From the NCBI GenBank assembly GCA_023701245.1, contig JAMPXK010000003.1, positions 7,566 to 71,565 of the forward strand: 64,000 bases of DNA, given 5' to 3'. Positions 55,564-64,000 of the stretch are shown here, one piece after another. The stretch is from Elusimicrobiales bacterium. Its GTDB lineage: Bacteria > Elusimicrobiota > Elusimicrobia > Elusimicrobiales > UBA9959. Each line of letters starts with the position of its first letter. The stretch's first letter is position 1. Made by a program: the position numbers and the translations under genes. The notes under the pieces are model-generated. The model was not told the DNA's origin, did no database searches, and saw nothing but the letters and a program-made list of their open reading frames with translations.

Positions 55564-56940
55564 ATGTTCATCCCGTCGAGATTCAAAGGCAAAAGGGCGC
55601 TGGTCATAGGCGCCGGCAAGTCCGGCGCGGCCTGCGCCAATCTCCTGGCCTCCCGGGGGTTCGACGTGCTGCTCACCGAGAAAAAGCCTCTCGCCGAAAT
55701 CAAAAGCCGCCTCAAAGGCCTCCACCGCCGCGTGACCGTGGAGGCGGGGGGACACGGTCCCGCCGCCCTCGCCTGCGGCTTCGCCGTAAAGAGCCCGGGG
55801 CTTTCCCACGCCAACCCGCTCATAGCCGCGCTCAAAAAGGCCCGCGTCCCGGTCTTCAGCGAGATAGAAACGGCCCTCGCTTTTTCCGCCGGGAAACTGC
55901 TGGCCGTGACCGGCACCAACGGCAAGACCACCACCACCGTCCTGCTGGGCGAGCTGATGAAGGCCGCGCTTAAGCCGCGCGGCCGGGCCCTGGTCTGCGG
56001 CAACGTGGGCACCCCGGCCGCCGAAGTGGCCGCCAAGGCCCGCCCCGGCGACGCCGTGGTAATGGAGGTCTCGAGCTACCAGCTCGAAGACAGCTCCTGC
56101 CTGAAGCCCGCCGTCGCGTGCGTGCTCAATATCACTCCGGACCACCTGGACCACCACGGCAGCATGGCCGCCTACGTGGCGGCCAAGGCCAGGGTCTTCG
56201 CCTTCCAGGACAAGTCCTCCCCCTGCGTCTTTAATTACGAGGACCCGGCCTGCCGCCGCCTGGCCCGCAGGGGCCCTTCCAAGGCCCTTTTCTTTTCCTC
56301 CCGCCGCCGCGGCGGCGCCCTGAGCGCCTGGGTTCACGCAGAGCAGCTCTGTTTCAGGCACGGCGCAAAGGTCTTGCGCGTCAGGCCGCCGGCCCTGCCC
56401 GGCGCGCACAACCTGGAGAACGCCATGTGCGCGGGCCTGATGGCCCTGGCCGCCGGGGCAAAGCCCGCCCATCTCCAAAAAGTCTTCTCCGCTTTCAAAG
56501 GCGTCGAACACCGCATCGAGCCCGCCGGCAGCGTGAACGGGGTCCGGTTCGTGAACGATTCCAAAGCCACCAACGTGGATTCCACCCTGGTGGCCCTCAA
56601 AGCCCTGGGCGCCGCCCGCAGCCTCTGGCTGATCCTCGGCGGTCTGGGCAAAGGCAATCCTTACACCCCGCTGATACCGTTCATCCGCAAAAGCGTGAAA
56701 GGCGTGCTGACCATCGGCGAGGACGCCCCCAGGATAGAGCGGGAACTCGCCGGGGCCTGCCCGGTCATAACCGCGCTGACCATGCAGAACGCCTGCCGCG
56801 AGATCCTGCAGCTCGCCGCGCGGGGGGATACCGCGCTCTTCTCCCCGGCCTGCGCTTCTTTCGACCAGTTCAAGGATTTCGAGGACCGCGGCCGCAAGTT
56901 CAAAGCTTTCGTCAAGACCCTGCGCCGCCGGGGCCGGTAA
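55564..56940 (+). CDS. murD: UDP-MurNAc-L-Ala:D-Glu ligase
   Basis: 458 aa; VTGTNGKTTTT P-loop. Confidence 0.94.
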   Translation: MFIPSRFKGKRALVIGAGKSGAACANLLASRGFDVLLTEKKPLAEIKSRLKGLHRRVTVEAGGHGPAALACGFAVKSPGLSHANPLIAALKKARVPVFSEIETALAFSAGKLLAVTGTNGKTTTTVLLGELMKAALKPRGRALVCGNVGTPAAEVAAKARPGDAVVMEVSSYQLEDSSCLKPAVACVLNITPDHLDHHGSMAAYVAAKARVFAFQDKSSPCVFNYEDPACRRLARRGPSKALFFSSRRRGGALSAWVHAEQLCFRHGAKVLRVRPPALPGAHNLENAMCAGLMALAAGAKPAHLQKVFSAFKGVEHRIEPAGSVNGVRFVNDSKATNVDSTLVALKALGAARSLWLILGGLGKGNPYTPLIPFIRKSVKGVLTIGEDAPRIERELAGACPVITALTMQNACREILQLAARGDTALFSPACASFDQFKDFEDRGRKFKAFVKTLRRRGR

Positions 56941-56943
56941 CCT

Positions 56944-58089
56944 ATGGATTTCGCCTCAAAGCGGCAAAAACTTTCCTACAACGTGATAGCCAACCGCAGC
57001 CTGAAGTACATGGACTATCCGTTCTTCTTCATCGTCGTCGGGCTGCTGGTCATAGGCCTGGTCTCGCTGTTCTCCGCCAGCGCGCTGTACGCGGCCAACA
57101 AGGGGCTGGACACCCTTTTCTACACCAAGAAACAGGCCCTCTATATCCTGCTCGGCTTCGGGCTCATGGCCGCCGCCGCCCGGGTGGACCTGGAGAAGGT
57201 CCGCCCCTATATCAAGCCCGCGGTCCTGCTGACCCTCGTGCTCCTGGGCGTGACCCTGCTGATGCCCACGGTGGCCGGCGTGCGGCGCTGGATACCGCTG
57301 GGCTTCATGAAGCTGCAGATGAGCGAATTCGCCAAACCGGTCCTGCTGCTCTACCTGGCGGACTTCTTCGACCGCAACGCCAGCCGCATCCAGGCCGACT
57401 GGCGCGAACTGCTGAAGCCTTTCACCGTGGCCATGCTCATGCTGGGCCTGATAGCCGCGGAACCGGACCTGGGCACCCCGGCGCTGCTGTTCGCGGTCAT
57501 GCTGGGAGTATTTTTCGCGGCCGGGGTGAAGCTGCGCTACCTGCTCGCGCCCATCGGCCTGGGCCTGCTGGTCTTCATAGAGGAGATGGCCCGCAAACCC
57601 TACCGCATAGCGCGCCTGAAGAATTTCCTTTCGCCCTGGCAGGACGCCTCCGGCACCGGCTACCAGCTGGTGCAGTCGCTGCTGGCGGTGGGTTCCGGCG
57701 GCTGGTTCGGCAAGGGCCTGGGCGCCTCCAAGCTCAAACTGATGTACCTGCCCGAGCCTCACACGGACTTTATCTTCCCCGTGGTGGCCGAAGAACTGGG
57801 CCTCGCGGGGGGCCTGCTGATAACCGGGCTGTTCGCCGGGCTGCTGGTAAAAGGCGCGCGCATAGCCCGCAACGCGCCCAGCCTCTACACGTCCCTGGCC
57901 GCCCTGGGCCTCACCCTGGTCATAACCCTCCAGGCTTTCTTCAATATCGCCATGACCACCGGCCTCATCCCGACCAAAGGCATCCCGCTGCCGTTCTTTT
58001 CCTACGGCGGCTCTTCCATCTGGTCGTCCATGCTGATGGTGGGCCTGATCCTCAACATCTCGGCGCACAGGAGCGGCAAATGGGAATAA
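56944..58089 (+). CDS. ftsW: SEDS peptidoglycan polymerase FtsW
   Basis: 381 aa polytopic; LPEPHTDFIF and PLPFFSYGGSS signatures. Confidence 0.93.
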   Translation: MDFASKRQKLSYNVIANRSLKYMDYPFFFIVVGLLVIGLVSLFSASALYAANKGLDTLFYTKKQALYILLGFGLMAAAARVDLEKVRPYIKPAVLLTLVLLGVTLLMPTVAGVRRWIPLGFMKLQMSEFAKPVLLLYLADFFDRNASRIQADWRELLKPFTVAMLMLGLIAAEPDLGTPALLFAVMLGVFFAAGVKLRYLLAPIGLGLLVFIEEMARKPYRIARLKNFLSPWQDASGTGYQLVQSLLAVGSGGWFGKGLGASKLKLMYLPEPHTDFIFPVVAEELGLAGGLLITGLFAGLLVKGARIARNAPSLYTSLAALGLTLVITLQAFFNIAMTTGLIPTKGIPLPFFSYGGSSIWSSMLMVGLILNISAHRSGKWE

Positions 58090-59195
58090 AAAAACGCGCG
58101 CTGATAGCCTCCGGCGGCACCGGCGGCCACTTCTACCCGGGCTTCGCCCTGGCGCAGGAATTGCGCCGGCGCGGCTGGCAGACCGTCTTCCTGGTAAAAA
58201 AGGACGACATCGCCCGCCCGGCGCTGGAGGAAGCGGATTTCCCTTACACCGAACTGGACATGGTCTCGCTGCCGCGGTCGCTGAACCCCCTGGCGCACCT
58301 GGCCTTCCTTGGAAAACTGCTGAAGTCCCTGCTGCTGGCCCGAAGGATAATGGAAGATTTCCGGCCCGACGCCGTGATAGGCACGGGCAGCTACGTGGCC
58401 TTCCCGGCGGCGCTGGCGGCAAAGCTGGCCGGCATACCGGTCTACATCCACGAATCCAACGCTAAATTCGGGCTGGGCAATTACCTGGCCGGCTTCTTCT
58501 GTACGCGCGCGGCCCTCGGCCTGCCCGCCGCGCAGGGCGACTTCGCTAAAAAGACGACCCTTACCGGAACGCCCATCCGGGATTCCTTCGCCGCCCCGCA
58601 GGACAGGGCGGCGGCCCGCGCCAGGCTGGGCCTCGACCCGGACAGGTTCACCGTGCTGGTGTTCGGCGGCAGCCAGGGCGCGCGCCGCCTTAACGCCTCT
58701 TTCATCCGCGCCGCGCATTACCTGAAGGGGGACATCCAGGCCCTGCATATCTCCGGCCGCCGCGACCATGAAGCCGTGCGCGCCGAGTACGAGAAAGCGG
58801 GCCTGGCCGGGGCCCCCAACCTGAAGCTTTACGACTACCGCGAGGACATGCCGGAACTTTACGCGGCCGCCGACCTGGTGCTGGCCCGTTCCGGTGCGAG
58901 TACCGTAGCCGAGCTGGTGCACCTGCGCAAGCCCTCGGTACTGGTACCTCTGCCGTCCTCGGCCGGCGGCCACCAGCAGGCCAACGCCATGGCCCTGGCG
59001 GCCAAAGGCGCGGCGCTGTGCGTGGAGGAGGGGCCGGACTTCGACGCCCGCCTGGAGGCCGCCCTGCGGCGCCTCATGGGCGAACCGGAACTGACGGCGG
59101 CCATGAGCGGCAGCTTCGCGGCCGCGGGCATCCCCGACGGGTCGCAGGCCGCGGCGGCCCTGGCCGACCTGGTAGAGTCAGGAACACGATCTTAA
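58080..59195 (+). CDS. murG: UDP-GlcNAc:lipid I GlcNAc transferase
   Basis: 371 aa from ATG at 58080 (in frame with the 3' part of artefactual ORF 56427..59195); ASGGTGGHFYPGFALAQEL. Confidence 0.94.
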   Translation: MGIKKRALIASGGTGGHFYPGFALAQELRRRGWQTVFLVKKDDIARPALEEADFPYTELDMVSLPRSLNPLAHLAFLGKLLKSLLLARRIMEDFRPDAVIGTGSYVAFPAALAAKLAGIPVYIHESNAKFGLGNYLAGFFCTRAALGLPAAQGDFAKKTTLTGTPIRDSFAAPQDRAAARARLGLDPDRFTVLVFGGSQGARRLNASFIRAAHYLKGDIQALHISGRRDHEAVRAEYEKAGLAGAPNLKLYDYREDMPELYAAADLVLARSGASTVAELVHLRKPSVLVPLPSSAGGHQQANAMALAAKGAALCVEEGPDFDARLEAALRRLMGEPELTAAMSGSFAAAGIPDGSQAAAALADLVESGTRS

Positions 59196-59211
59196 CAGGA
59201 GGATACGCACC

Positions 59212-60327
59212 ATGGAAATCGAAAAAGGGTCCAAGTGGGTAAAGTTCGACGTGATGGAGCGCTTCATGCGCGACGTCTTCAAAGGCATAGGCGTGCCGGC
59301 GGCGGAGGCCGCGGTCTGCGCCGACGTGCTGATCACCGCGGACAAGCTGGGCATCGACTCGCACGGCGTCTCGCGCCTGAAACCGATCTATTACGACCGG
59401 ATCAAGCAGGGGATACAGCTGCCCAAGACCAAATTCGAAGTGGTGCGGGAAACCCCTACCACGGCGGTCATAGACGGGCATAACGGCATGGGCCATTACA
59501 TCGCCAAGCGCGCCATGGAACTGGCCGTGAAGAAGGCCAAGAAGTTCGGCCTCGGCATGACGGCCGTGCGCAACTCCACCCATTACGGCATAGCCGGCTA
59601 CCACGCCATGCTGGCCTCCAAGGCGGGCATGATCGGCATCACCGGCACCAACGCCAGGCCGTCGGTGGCGCCCACCTTCGGCGTGGAGAACATGATGGGC
59701 ACCAACCCGCTCACGTTCGCCATCCCCACCGACGAGAAGTTCCCGTTCCTGCTGGACTGCGCCACGCCCATCACGCAGCGCGGCAAGATAGAGGTTTACG
59801 CCAAACTGGGCAAGAAGATGCCCAAAGGCTGGGTGATCGACGAGAAAGGCAATTCCAAGACCGACTCCCGGGCCGTACTCAAGGACCTGGTGGCGGGCAC
59901 CGCCGCCCTGGTGCCGCTGGGCGGCATCGGCGAAGAACTGGCCGGCTACAAAGGCTACGGCTACTGCACGGTAGTGGAGATCCTTTCGGCCGCCCTGCAA
60001 CAGGGGGCCTACATGAAGGCGCTGCTCGGCGTGGACAAGAAGGGGAAAAAGATCCCGTACCCGCTCGGCCACTTCTTCCTGGCCATCGACATCGGGCACT
60101 TCGTGCCGCTGCGCTCCTTTAAAAAGACCGCCGGCAACATCCTGCGCGAACTGCGCGCCTCTAAAAAGATGCCCGGCGCAAAGCGCATCTACACCGCCGG
60201 GGAAAAAGAGCATCTGGCCTGGCTCTACCGCAGGAAGAAGGGCGTGCCGCTCAACAAGGAAACCCAGCGCGAGATCCTCTCCATGCGCGATGAACTGGGG
60301 CTGAAAGCCTACAAGTTCGACTTTTAG
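59212..60327 (+). CDS. Ldh_2 family oxidoreductase (malate/L-lactate/ureidoglycolate/sulfolactate dehydrogenase family)
   Basis: 371 aa; DSHGVSRL and HYGIAGYHA blocks typical of Ldh_2; AGGAGG SD at 59197-59202. Confidence 0.85.
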   Translation: MEIEKGSKWVKFDVMERFMRDVFKGIGVPAAEAAVCADVLITADKLGIDSHGVSRLKPIYYDRIKQGIQLPKTKFEVVRETPTTAVIDGHNGMGHYIAKRAMELAVKKAKKFGLGMTAVRNSTHYGIAGYHAMLASKAGMIGITGTNARPSVAPTFGVENMMGTNPLTFAIPTDEKFPFLLDCATPITQRGKIEVYAKLGKKMPKGWVIDEKGNSKTDSRAVLKDLVAGTAALVPLGGIGEELAGYKGYGYCTVVEILSAALQQGAYMKALLGVDKKGKKIPYPLGHFFLAIDIGHFVPLRSFKKTAGNILRELRASKKMPGAKRIYTAGEKEHLAWLYRRKKGVPLNKETQREILSMRDELGLKAYKFDF

Positions 60328-60337
60328 GAAGGGGCCG

Positions 60338-61306
60338 ATGCCGGACGAGGAGACAAAAGCCAAAGCGGCGTTGTACGCGGCCATTTTCCTGACCTTCCTG
60401 GGCTACGGGGGCCGGTTCGCGGGGTTCGAGCCTTTCCAGAACCAGTTCTTCGCCTACGCCGTCTGGGCGTACATCCTCTTCGCCGACAACCTGGTCTACC
60501 GCCTGAGCGGCTCTTCCCCGTTCATTTCCCGCACCCTGGAAATGGCAGTGCTGGCGGCCTGGTCGGTGGCGCTCAGCGGCGTCCTGGAACTGCTGAACCT
60601 GCGCCTCGGCGGCTGGTATTATATCCATCAGCCGTCCACACTGTCCCTGCGCTGGGCCGGGCGGGCTTTCGCCTGGGGCGGTTTTCTGCCGTCGCTGTTC
60701 ATAACCGCGGAACTGCTGCGCTGCCTGGGGCTTTTCCGTAACCTCAAGCTGCCGCCCCTGAAGGTAACCCCTGGCCTGCTTAAGGGCTTTTACGCCGCGG
60801 GCTTGCTTTTCACCGTCCTGCCCCTGGCGCGGCCTGCGCTCTGGCCGCTGGTCTGGCTGCCTTTCCTGTTCCTGGCGGAGCCGCTTAACTACCAGCTGGG
60901 CCTGCCTTCCCTGCTGCGGGAATGGGAGGGGGGCGTCCCCGGCAAGACCCTGCGCCTGGCCGCGGCAGGCGGCGTCTGCGGCCTGCTCTGGAGCGCCTGG
61001 AACTCGGCCTCTGGCGCCAGGTGGGCTTACGCCCCGTTCGCCAAGGCCGGGCCGGAGCTTTTCGGCCTGCCGCTGCCGGCGTACCTGGTTTTCGCGCTGT
61101 TCGGGCTGCAAGCCTACTCGGTCTGCTGCCTGGCTTCCTGGTTCAGGGGAGGCCGCACCTGGGAAGAAGGCGCCTGGGAACTGCCTGGCCGCCGCCCGCC
61201 GCCCTGGACCGCCTACGCCATCTGGCCCCTTATTATAATTACCTCTTATATAGCCTTCCGTCTCACCGACGCCTACCTGGTAAAACTCTACATCGGCTGG
61301 CTCTGA
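60338..61306 (+). CDS. hypothetical polytopic membrane protein
   Basis: 322 aa, about 8 hydrophobic segments, Trp/Leu-rich; no family recognised. Confidence 0.6.
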   Translation: MPDEETKAKAALYAAIFLTFLGYGGRFAGFEPFQNQFFAYAVWAYILFADNLVYRLSGSSPFISRTLEMAVLAAWSVALSGVLELLNLRLGGWYYIHQPSTLSLRWAGRAFAWGGFLPSLFITAELLRCLGLFRNLKLPPLKVTPGLLKGFYAAGLLFTVLPLARPALWPLVWLPFLFLAEPLNYQLGLPSLLREWEGGVPGKTLRLAAAGGVCGLLWSAWNSASGARWAYAPFAKAGPELFGLPLPAYLVFALFGLQAYSVCCLASWFRGGRTWEEGAWELPGRRPPPWTAYAIWPLIIITSYIAFRLTDAYLVKLYIGWL

Positions 61307-61369
61307 TTGCCCATAAGGCCCAGAAGCGGCTGGGCCCTATGGCCTCAGTCGGCCTGGGCCCACCGGCTA

Positions 61370-61398
61370 TTGACATTCGTCAACCCGTACTGTATAAC
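61370..61398 (+). promoter_or_regulatory. promoter of the serine protease gene (TTGACA-17-TATAAC)
   Basis: TTGACA at 61370-61375, TATAAC at 61393-61398, GGAGG SD at 61425-61429. Confidence 0.6.
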
Positions 61399-61433
61399 AT
61401 AGCGGAAGTCAACGCTGCTGCACCGGAGGAGTT

Positions 61434-62453
61434 ATGAAAACCTTTAAGACAACCCTGACCTTGACCGCGGCCCTGCTGGCGCTTCCCTTCTTCGCTTTCG
61501 CCGATGACGGCAAAAGCATCTACGGCGAAGACAACCGCAAGGACTATTTCCAGATGAGCGCCGGCATGAAAACCCTGGCGGACTCCGTGGTCTCCTTCTG
61601 GAAAGCCGGCGACGTAGAAACCCTCAATCCCGGAGGCGTCAGGCTCAAGACCGTGAATTTTGGCCAGCGCCTGAACCTCTGCCCCGATGAAAAGTTCCGC
61701 GAACAGCCCATAGGCGCCTTCTGCTCGGGCTCCCTGGTAGGCGAGGACCTGGTGATGACGGCCGGCCACTGCATCAAGAACGAAACCGACTGCCAGAACA
61801 CCAAGATGGTCTTCGGCTTCGCCGTCAAGGAAGCCGGAAAGGACGCCGTCACCTCCCTGCCCGCCAGCGAAGTCTACAGCTGCGCCAGCATAGTAAAGCG
61901 CTTCCTGGGCGGCGAGCCCGGCTCGGCCAACCCGGCCGGCCAGAACCTCGGCCCGGATTTCGCCCTGCTCAAACTTGACCGCAAAGTGACCGGACACAGG
62001 CCGCTGGGCATCAACAGGGGCGCCAACCTCAAGAAAGGCGACGGCATCTTCGTGATCGGCCACCCGGTGGGCCTGCCCGTTAAACTGGCCGGTTTCGCCA
62101 AAGTGCGCGACTTCTCCAAGATAGGGTACTTCGTGGCGGACCTGGACACTTTCGGCGGCAACTCCGGCTCTCCCGTATTCAACGTCAAGACGCAGAAAAT
62201 AGAGGGCATCCTGGTGCGCGGCGACGAGGACTTCCTGGACAGCCCCGCCGGCTGCACCACCATGGCCACCTACGAGCAGACCGCCGGCCGCGGCGAGGAC
62301 GTTACCAAGATAGGCGTACTGGCGGCGGACATCCCCAGGCTGCCCGGCGAGAAAGTGACCAAGGAGATGGAGATGCAGAGCGCCGTGGAAATGGATTCCG
62401 GCGCCATAATGTCGGGCGAGGCCGCCCCCGTGCGGAGCATCAGCTTCGACTGA
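61434..62453 (+). CDS. secreted trypsin-like serine endopeptidase (S1B/Glu-specific-like)
   Basis: 339 aa; signal peptide; catalytic contexts MTAGHC, DFALLKL, GGNSGSPVF; own consensus promoter and GGAGG SD. Confidence 0.85.
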   Translation: MKTFKTTLTLTAALLALPFFAFADDGKSIYGEDNRKDYFQMSAGMKTLADSVVSFWKAGDVETLNPGGVRLKTVNFGQRLNLCPDEKFREQPIGAFCSGSLVGEDLVMTAGHCIKNETDCQNTKMVFGFAVKEAGKDAVTSLPASEVYSCASIVKRFLGGEPGSANPAGQNLGPDFALLKLDRKVTGHRPLGINRGANLKKGDGIFVIGHPVGLPVKLAGFAKVRDFSKIGYFVADLDTFGGNSGSPVFNVKTQKIEGILVRGDEDFLDSPAGCTTMATYEQTAGRGEDVTKIGVLAADIPRLPGEKVTKEMEMQSAVEMDSGAIMSGEAAPVRSISFD

Positions 62454-62475
62454 CGTCCACCAGATCGGGCTTAAG

Positions 62476-62516
62476 AAAAAAGCCGCCCGGGGAAACTCTC
62501 CCCGGGCGGTTTTTTT
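62476..62516. terminator. bidirectional intrinsic terminator between the protease (+) and cupin (-) genes
   Basis: AAAAAA-CCGCCCGGGG-AAACTCT-CCCCGGGCGG-TTTTTTT. Confidence 0.9.
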
Positions 62517-62540
62517 ACGCCGGCAGGCCAGGCCGTCCGT

Positions 62541-62921
62541 TCAATAGGGTTTGCGGGTCTCACCGTCCCGGCGGACCGTTTCGAAAGAGAAAGCAGGAAG
62601 ACAGACCGCGATGTACTCCGCGCCCTCGGGCTCCGGGGTGGAATAGCGTACACGCTCGCCGGGCTCCATTATTATGGCCTGGCGGGCCCGCACGTCGAAA
62701 GTCCCGTTCTGGGTCTCCACGCGCAGCAGGCCGCGCAGGACCAGCGTATACTCGGTAAAGCGGGGCTGCTGCTGCGGCTCCACCCAGCCCCCGGGGCTCA
62801 CCATGCGGGCCATGCTTATGGTACTGGTCTTGGAATTTACCCGGCCGATGTATTCCTCTATGATCTTCGGCTTGTTGCCGGCGGCCTGGACTATGATCGG
62901 TTTTTCTATGAACTTTGCCAC
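62541..62921 (-). CDS. cupin-domain protein
   Basis: The track start at 62960 is TTG. I prefer GTG at 62921, preceded by GGAGG 5 nt upstream. Beta-barrel cupin-like core (TEYTLVLRGLLRVE...GERVRY). Confidence 0.6.
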   Translation of the reverse strand: MAKFIEKPIIVQAAGNKPKIIEEYIGRVNSKTSTISMARMVSPGGWVEPQQQPRFTEYTLVLRGLLRVETQNGTFDVRARQAIIMEPGERVRYSTPEPEGAEYIAVCLPAFSFETVRRDGETRKPY

Positions 62922-62996
62922 AAATCCCTCCGGAAGCTGCTGCTCTCCAGATTCTAGCAAAACGGCGGCGCCCCCGCGAGACGGCGGCCGGCGGAG

Positions 62997-63025
62997 TTGA
63001 CAGACCGCCCCAGCGCTGGTATATT
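62997..63025 (+). promoter_or_regulatory. promoter of the G/S-rich secreted protein gene (TTGACA-17-TATATT)
   Basis: TTGACA at 62997-63002, TATATT at 63020-63025. Confidence 0.6.
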
Positions 63026-63064
63026 CTCACTAGAGGGCTTTGTTTTTTAAACTCCGGAGGTTTT

Positions 63065-63940
63065 ATGCTATCTTTCAGGAACACGGCGTTGCCGGTCGCG
63101 GCGATCTTCCTTCTGGCGGGCTTATGTTCGGACGCGGCCGCGGGGCCCAGGCCAAAGCTCCGGGTAAAAAAAAGTTTCCAGACTGAAACGGCTCCCGCCT
63201 CTTCCACCGCTACCGCCAGGGGCGGCGGCGACAGCAGCAATCCCGTGGGCGGCGCGGGCCTGCGCGGCAGCAGCTGGATGACCACTTCCGGCAGTCTTTC
63301 TTCCGGGGGCGCGTCCGGAGGCGGCTCCTCTTCCGGAGGCGGGGGCGGCTCCAGGTCCATGGGCGGAGGGGGCGGAAGTGCCGGAGGCGGCAATTCCAGC
63401 GGCGGGGGGAGCGCGCACAATTCCGGCGGCGGCAAGCCGGCGGGCGCCGCCAAAGTAGTATTCTCCACAACCCAGAACGGGCCGGCCAAAAACTCTTTCA
63501 GCAACACCCAGCTGATCTACGGGAAAGTGTCGGGACTCGGCGGAGACAGCGTCTACAGCTGCGCCTGTCCCAAACTTTCGGACGGCTGCGACGACCGTTC
63601 AGCCTGGACCCAGCTGCCCAATAACGAGTGGTCCTACAATCCCTCGGACAAGACCTGGCGGATGGCTTCGGCGCTGAACGGCATCCCGCCCGGCTATTAC
63701 AAGCTGGCTTTCGAGGACAGGAACAGCGGCGCTTCCACCGGTTATGTGGACCTGCAGCTTACCCCTCCGGCCGGCACCAGCTGCCGCTGGAACTCTCCGG
63801 ATGCCGTAATAGGCCCCTGCGACGGTCCCTACGTCAGCGGCCAAAGGCTGAACTGCTCGGCTTCCAACAACGGGCAGTTCGTCAACACCTCGGGCACAGG
63901 CGACAGCTGCCAGGCCAGGTGGACCTGCAATTGCAATTGA
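63065..63940 (+). CDS. secreted protein with Gly/Ser-rich linker and Cys-rich C-terminal domain
   Basis: ATG at 63065 after GGAGG (63056-63060). Signal peptide MLSFRNTALPVAAIFLLAGLCS. ~80-aa G/S tract. C-terminal 9-Cys domain ending ...CQARWTCNCN. Confidence 0.7.
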   Translation: MLSFRNTALPVAAIFLLAGLCSDAAAGPRPKLRVKKSFQTETAPASSTATARGGGDSSNPVGGAGLRGSSWMTTSGSLSSGGASGGGSSSGGGGGSRSMGGGGGSAGGGNSSGGGSAHNSGGGKPAGAAKVVFSTTQNGPAKNSFSNTQLIYGKVSGLGGDSVYSCACPKLSDGCDDRSAWTQLPNNEWSYNPSDKTWRMASALNGIPPGYYKLAFEDRNSGASTGYVDLQLTPPAGTSCRWNSPDAVIGPCDGPYVSGQRLNCSASNNGQFVNTSGTGDSCQARWTCNCN

Positions 63941-63968
63941 ATACTTCCCCGGAGCCGGGAAAAAAGCG

Positions 63969-63990
63969 GGGCGGACCCTCTGGTCCGCCC
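63969..63990. terminator. GC hairpin after the secreted protein gene (possible terminator)
   Basis: GGGCGGACC-CTCT-GGTCCGCCC. The A-run lies upstream and there is no T-run downstream, so it may serve a minus-strand gene beyond the window. Confidence 0.4.
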
Positions 63991-64000
63991 TCTGCATGAG

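Noticed and set aside
63197-63440. Repetitive GGC/GGA/AGC tract, and the similar RGG-coding tract at 38860-39150, considered as possible tandem repeat or CRISPR-like arrays
   Set aside because: Both are in frame inside well-supported CDSs and encode Gly/Ser or Arg/Gly low-complexity linkers. There is no repeat-spacer periodicity. The antisense ORF 62560..63507 (Pro-rich) is its mirror artefact.

Overview
GC-rich (about two-thirds G+C by eye, not computed), densely coding chromosomal segment of a diderm bacterium. I call about 63 protein genes and found no rRNA, tRNA, CRISPR array, transposase or integrase. Positions 1-28,980 are almost all minus-strand: ribF-truB-nrnA-rbfA-infB-nusA-rimP; an accessory catabolic operon (cyclase, three-subunit xanthine-dehydrogenase-family molybdoenzyme with an embedded lipoprotein, C-N hydrolase, FdrA, DUF1116); a PAS/Cys-cluster sensor; proS; and ispG-rseP-dxr-cdsA-uppS-frr-gmhA-pyrH-tsf-rpsB. 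The right half is mostly plus-strand: nadE, a POTRA-less Omp85-like barrel, Nudix, glyQS, rpmH-rnpA-yidD-yidC-jag-mnmE-(membrane protein)-mnmG-rsmG, and a dcw cluster (mraZ-rsmH-small ORF-ftsL-ftsI-murE-murF | insertion | mraY-murD-ftsW-murG). Main observations: (1) a truncated, motif-eroded glyQ-glyS pair sits in the ancestral recO-glyQ-glyS position next to a complete alpha2-type GlyRS. (2) A mosaic family of structured intergenic repeats has three copies, all in convergent gaps, with conserved cores and sequence-different but self-complementary outer stems; one copy abuts the glyS truncation point and one lies in the dcw insertion. (3) Perfect -10 hexamers recur 6-9 nt before start codons, suggesting leaderless mRNAs. 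(4) A PAS sensor carries two Cys clusters and no classical output domain. (5) A well-supported 56-codon ORF lies between rsmH and ftsL. Many very long ORFs in the six-frame track are GC-driven antisense or out-of-frame artefacts and were rejected.
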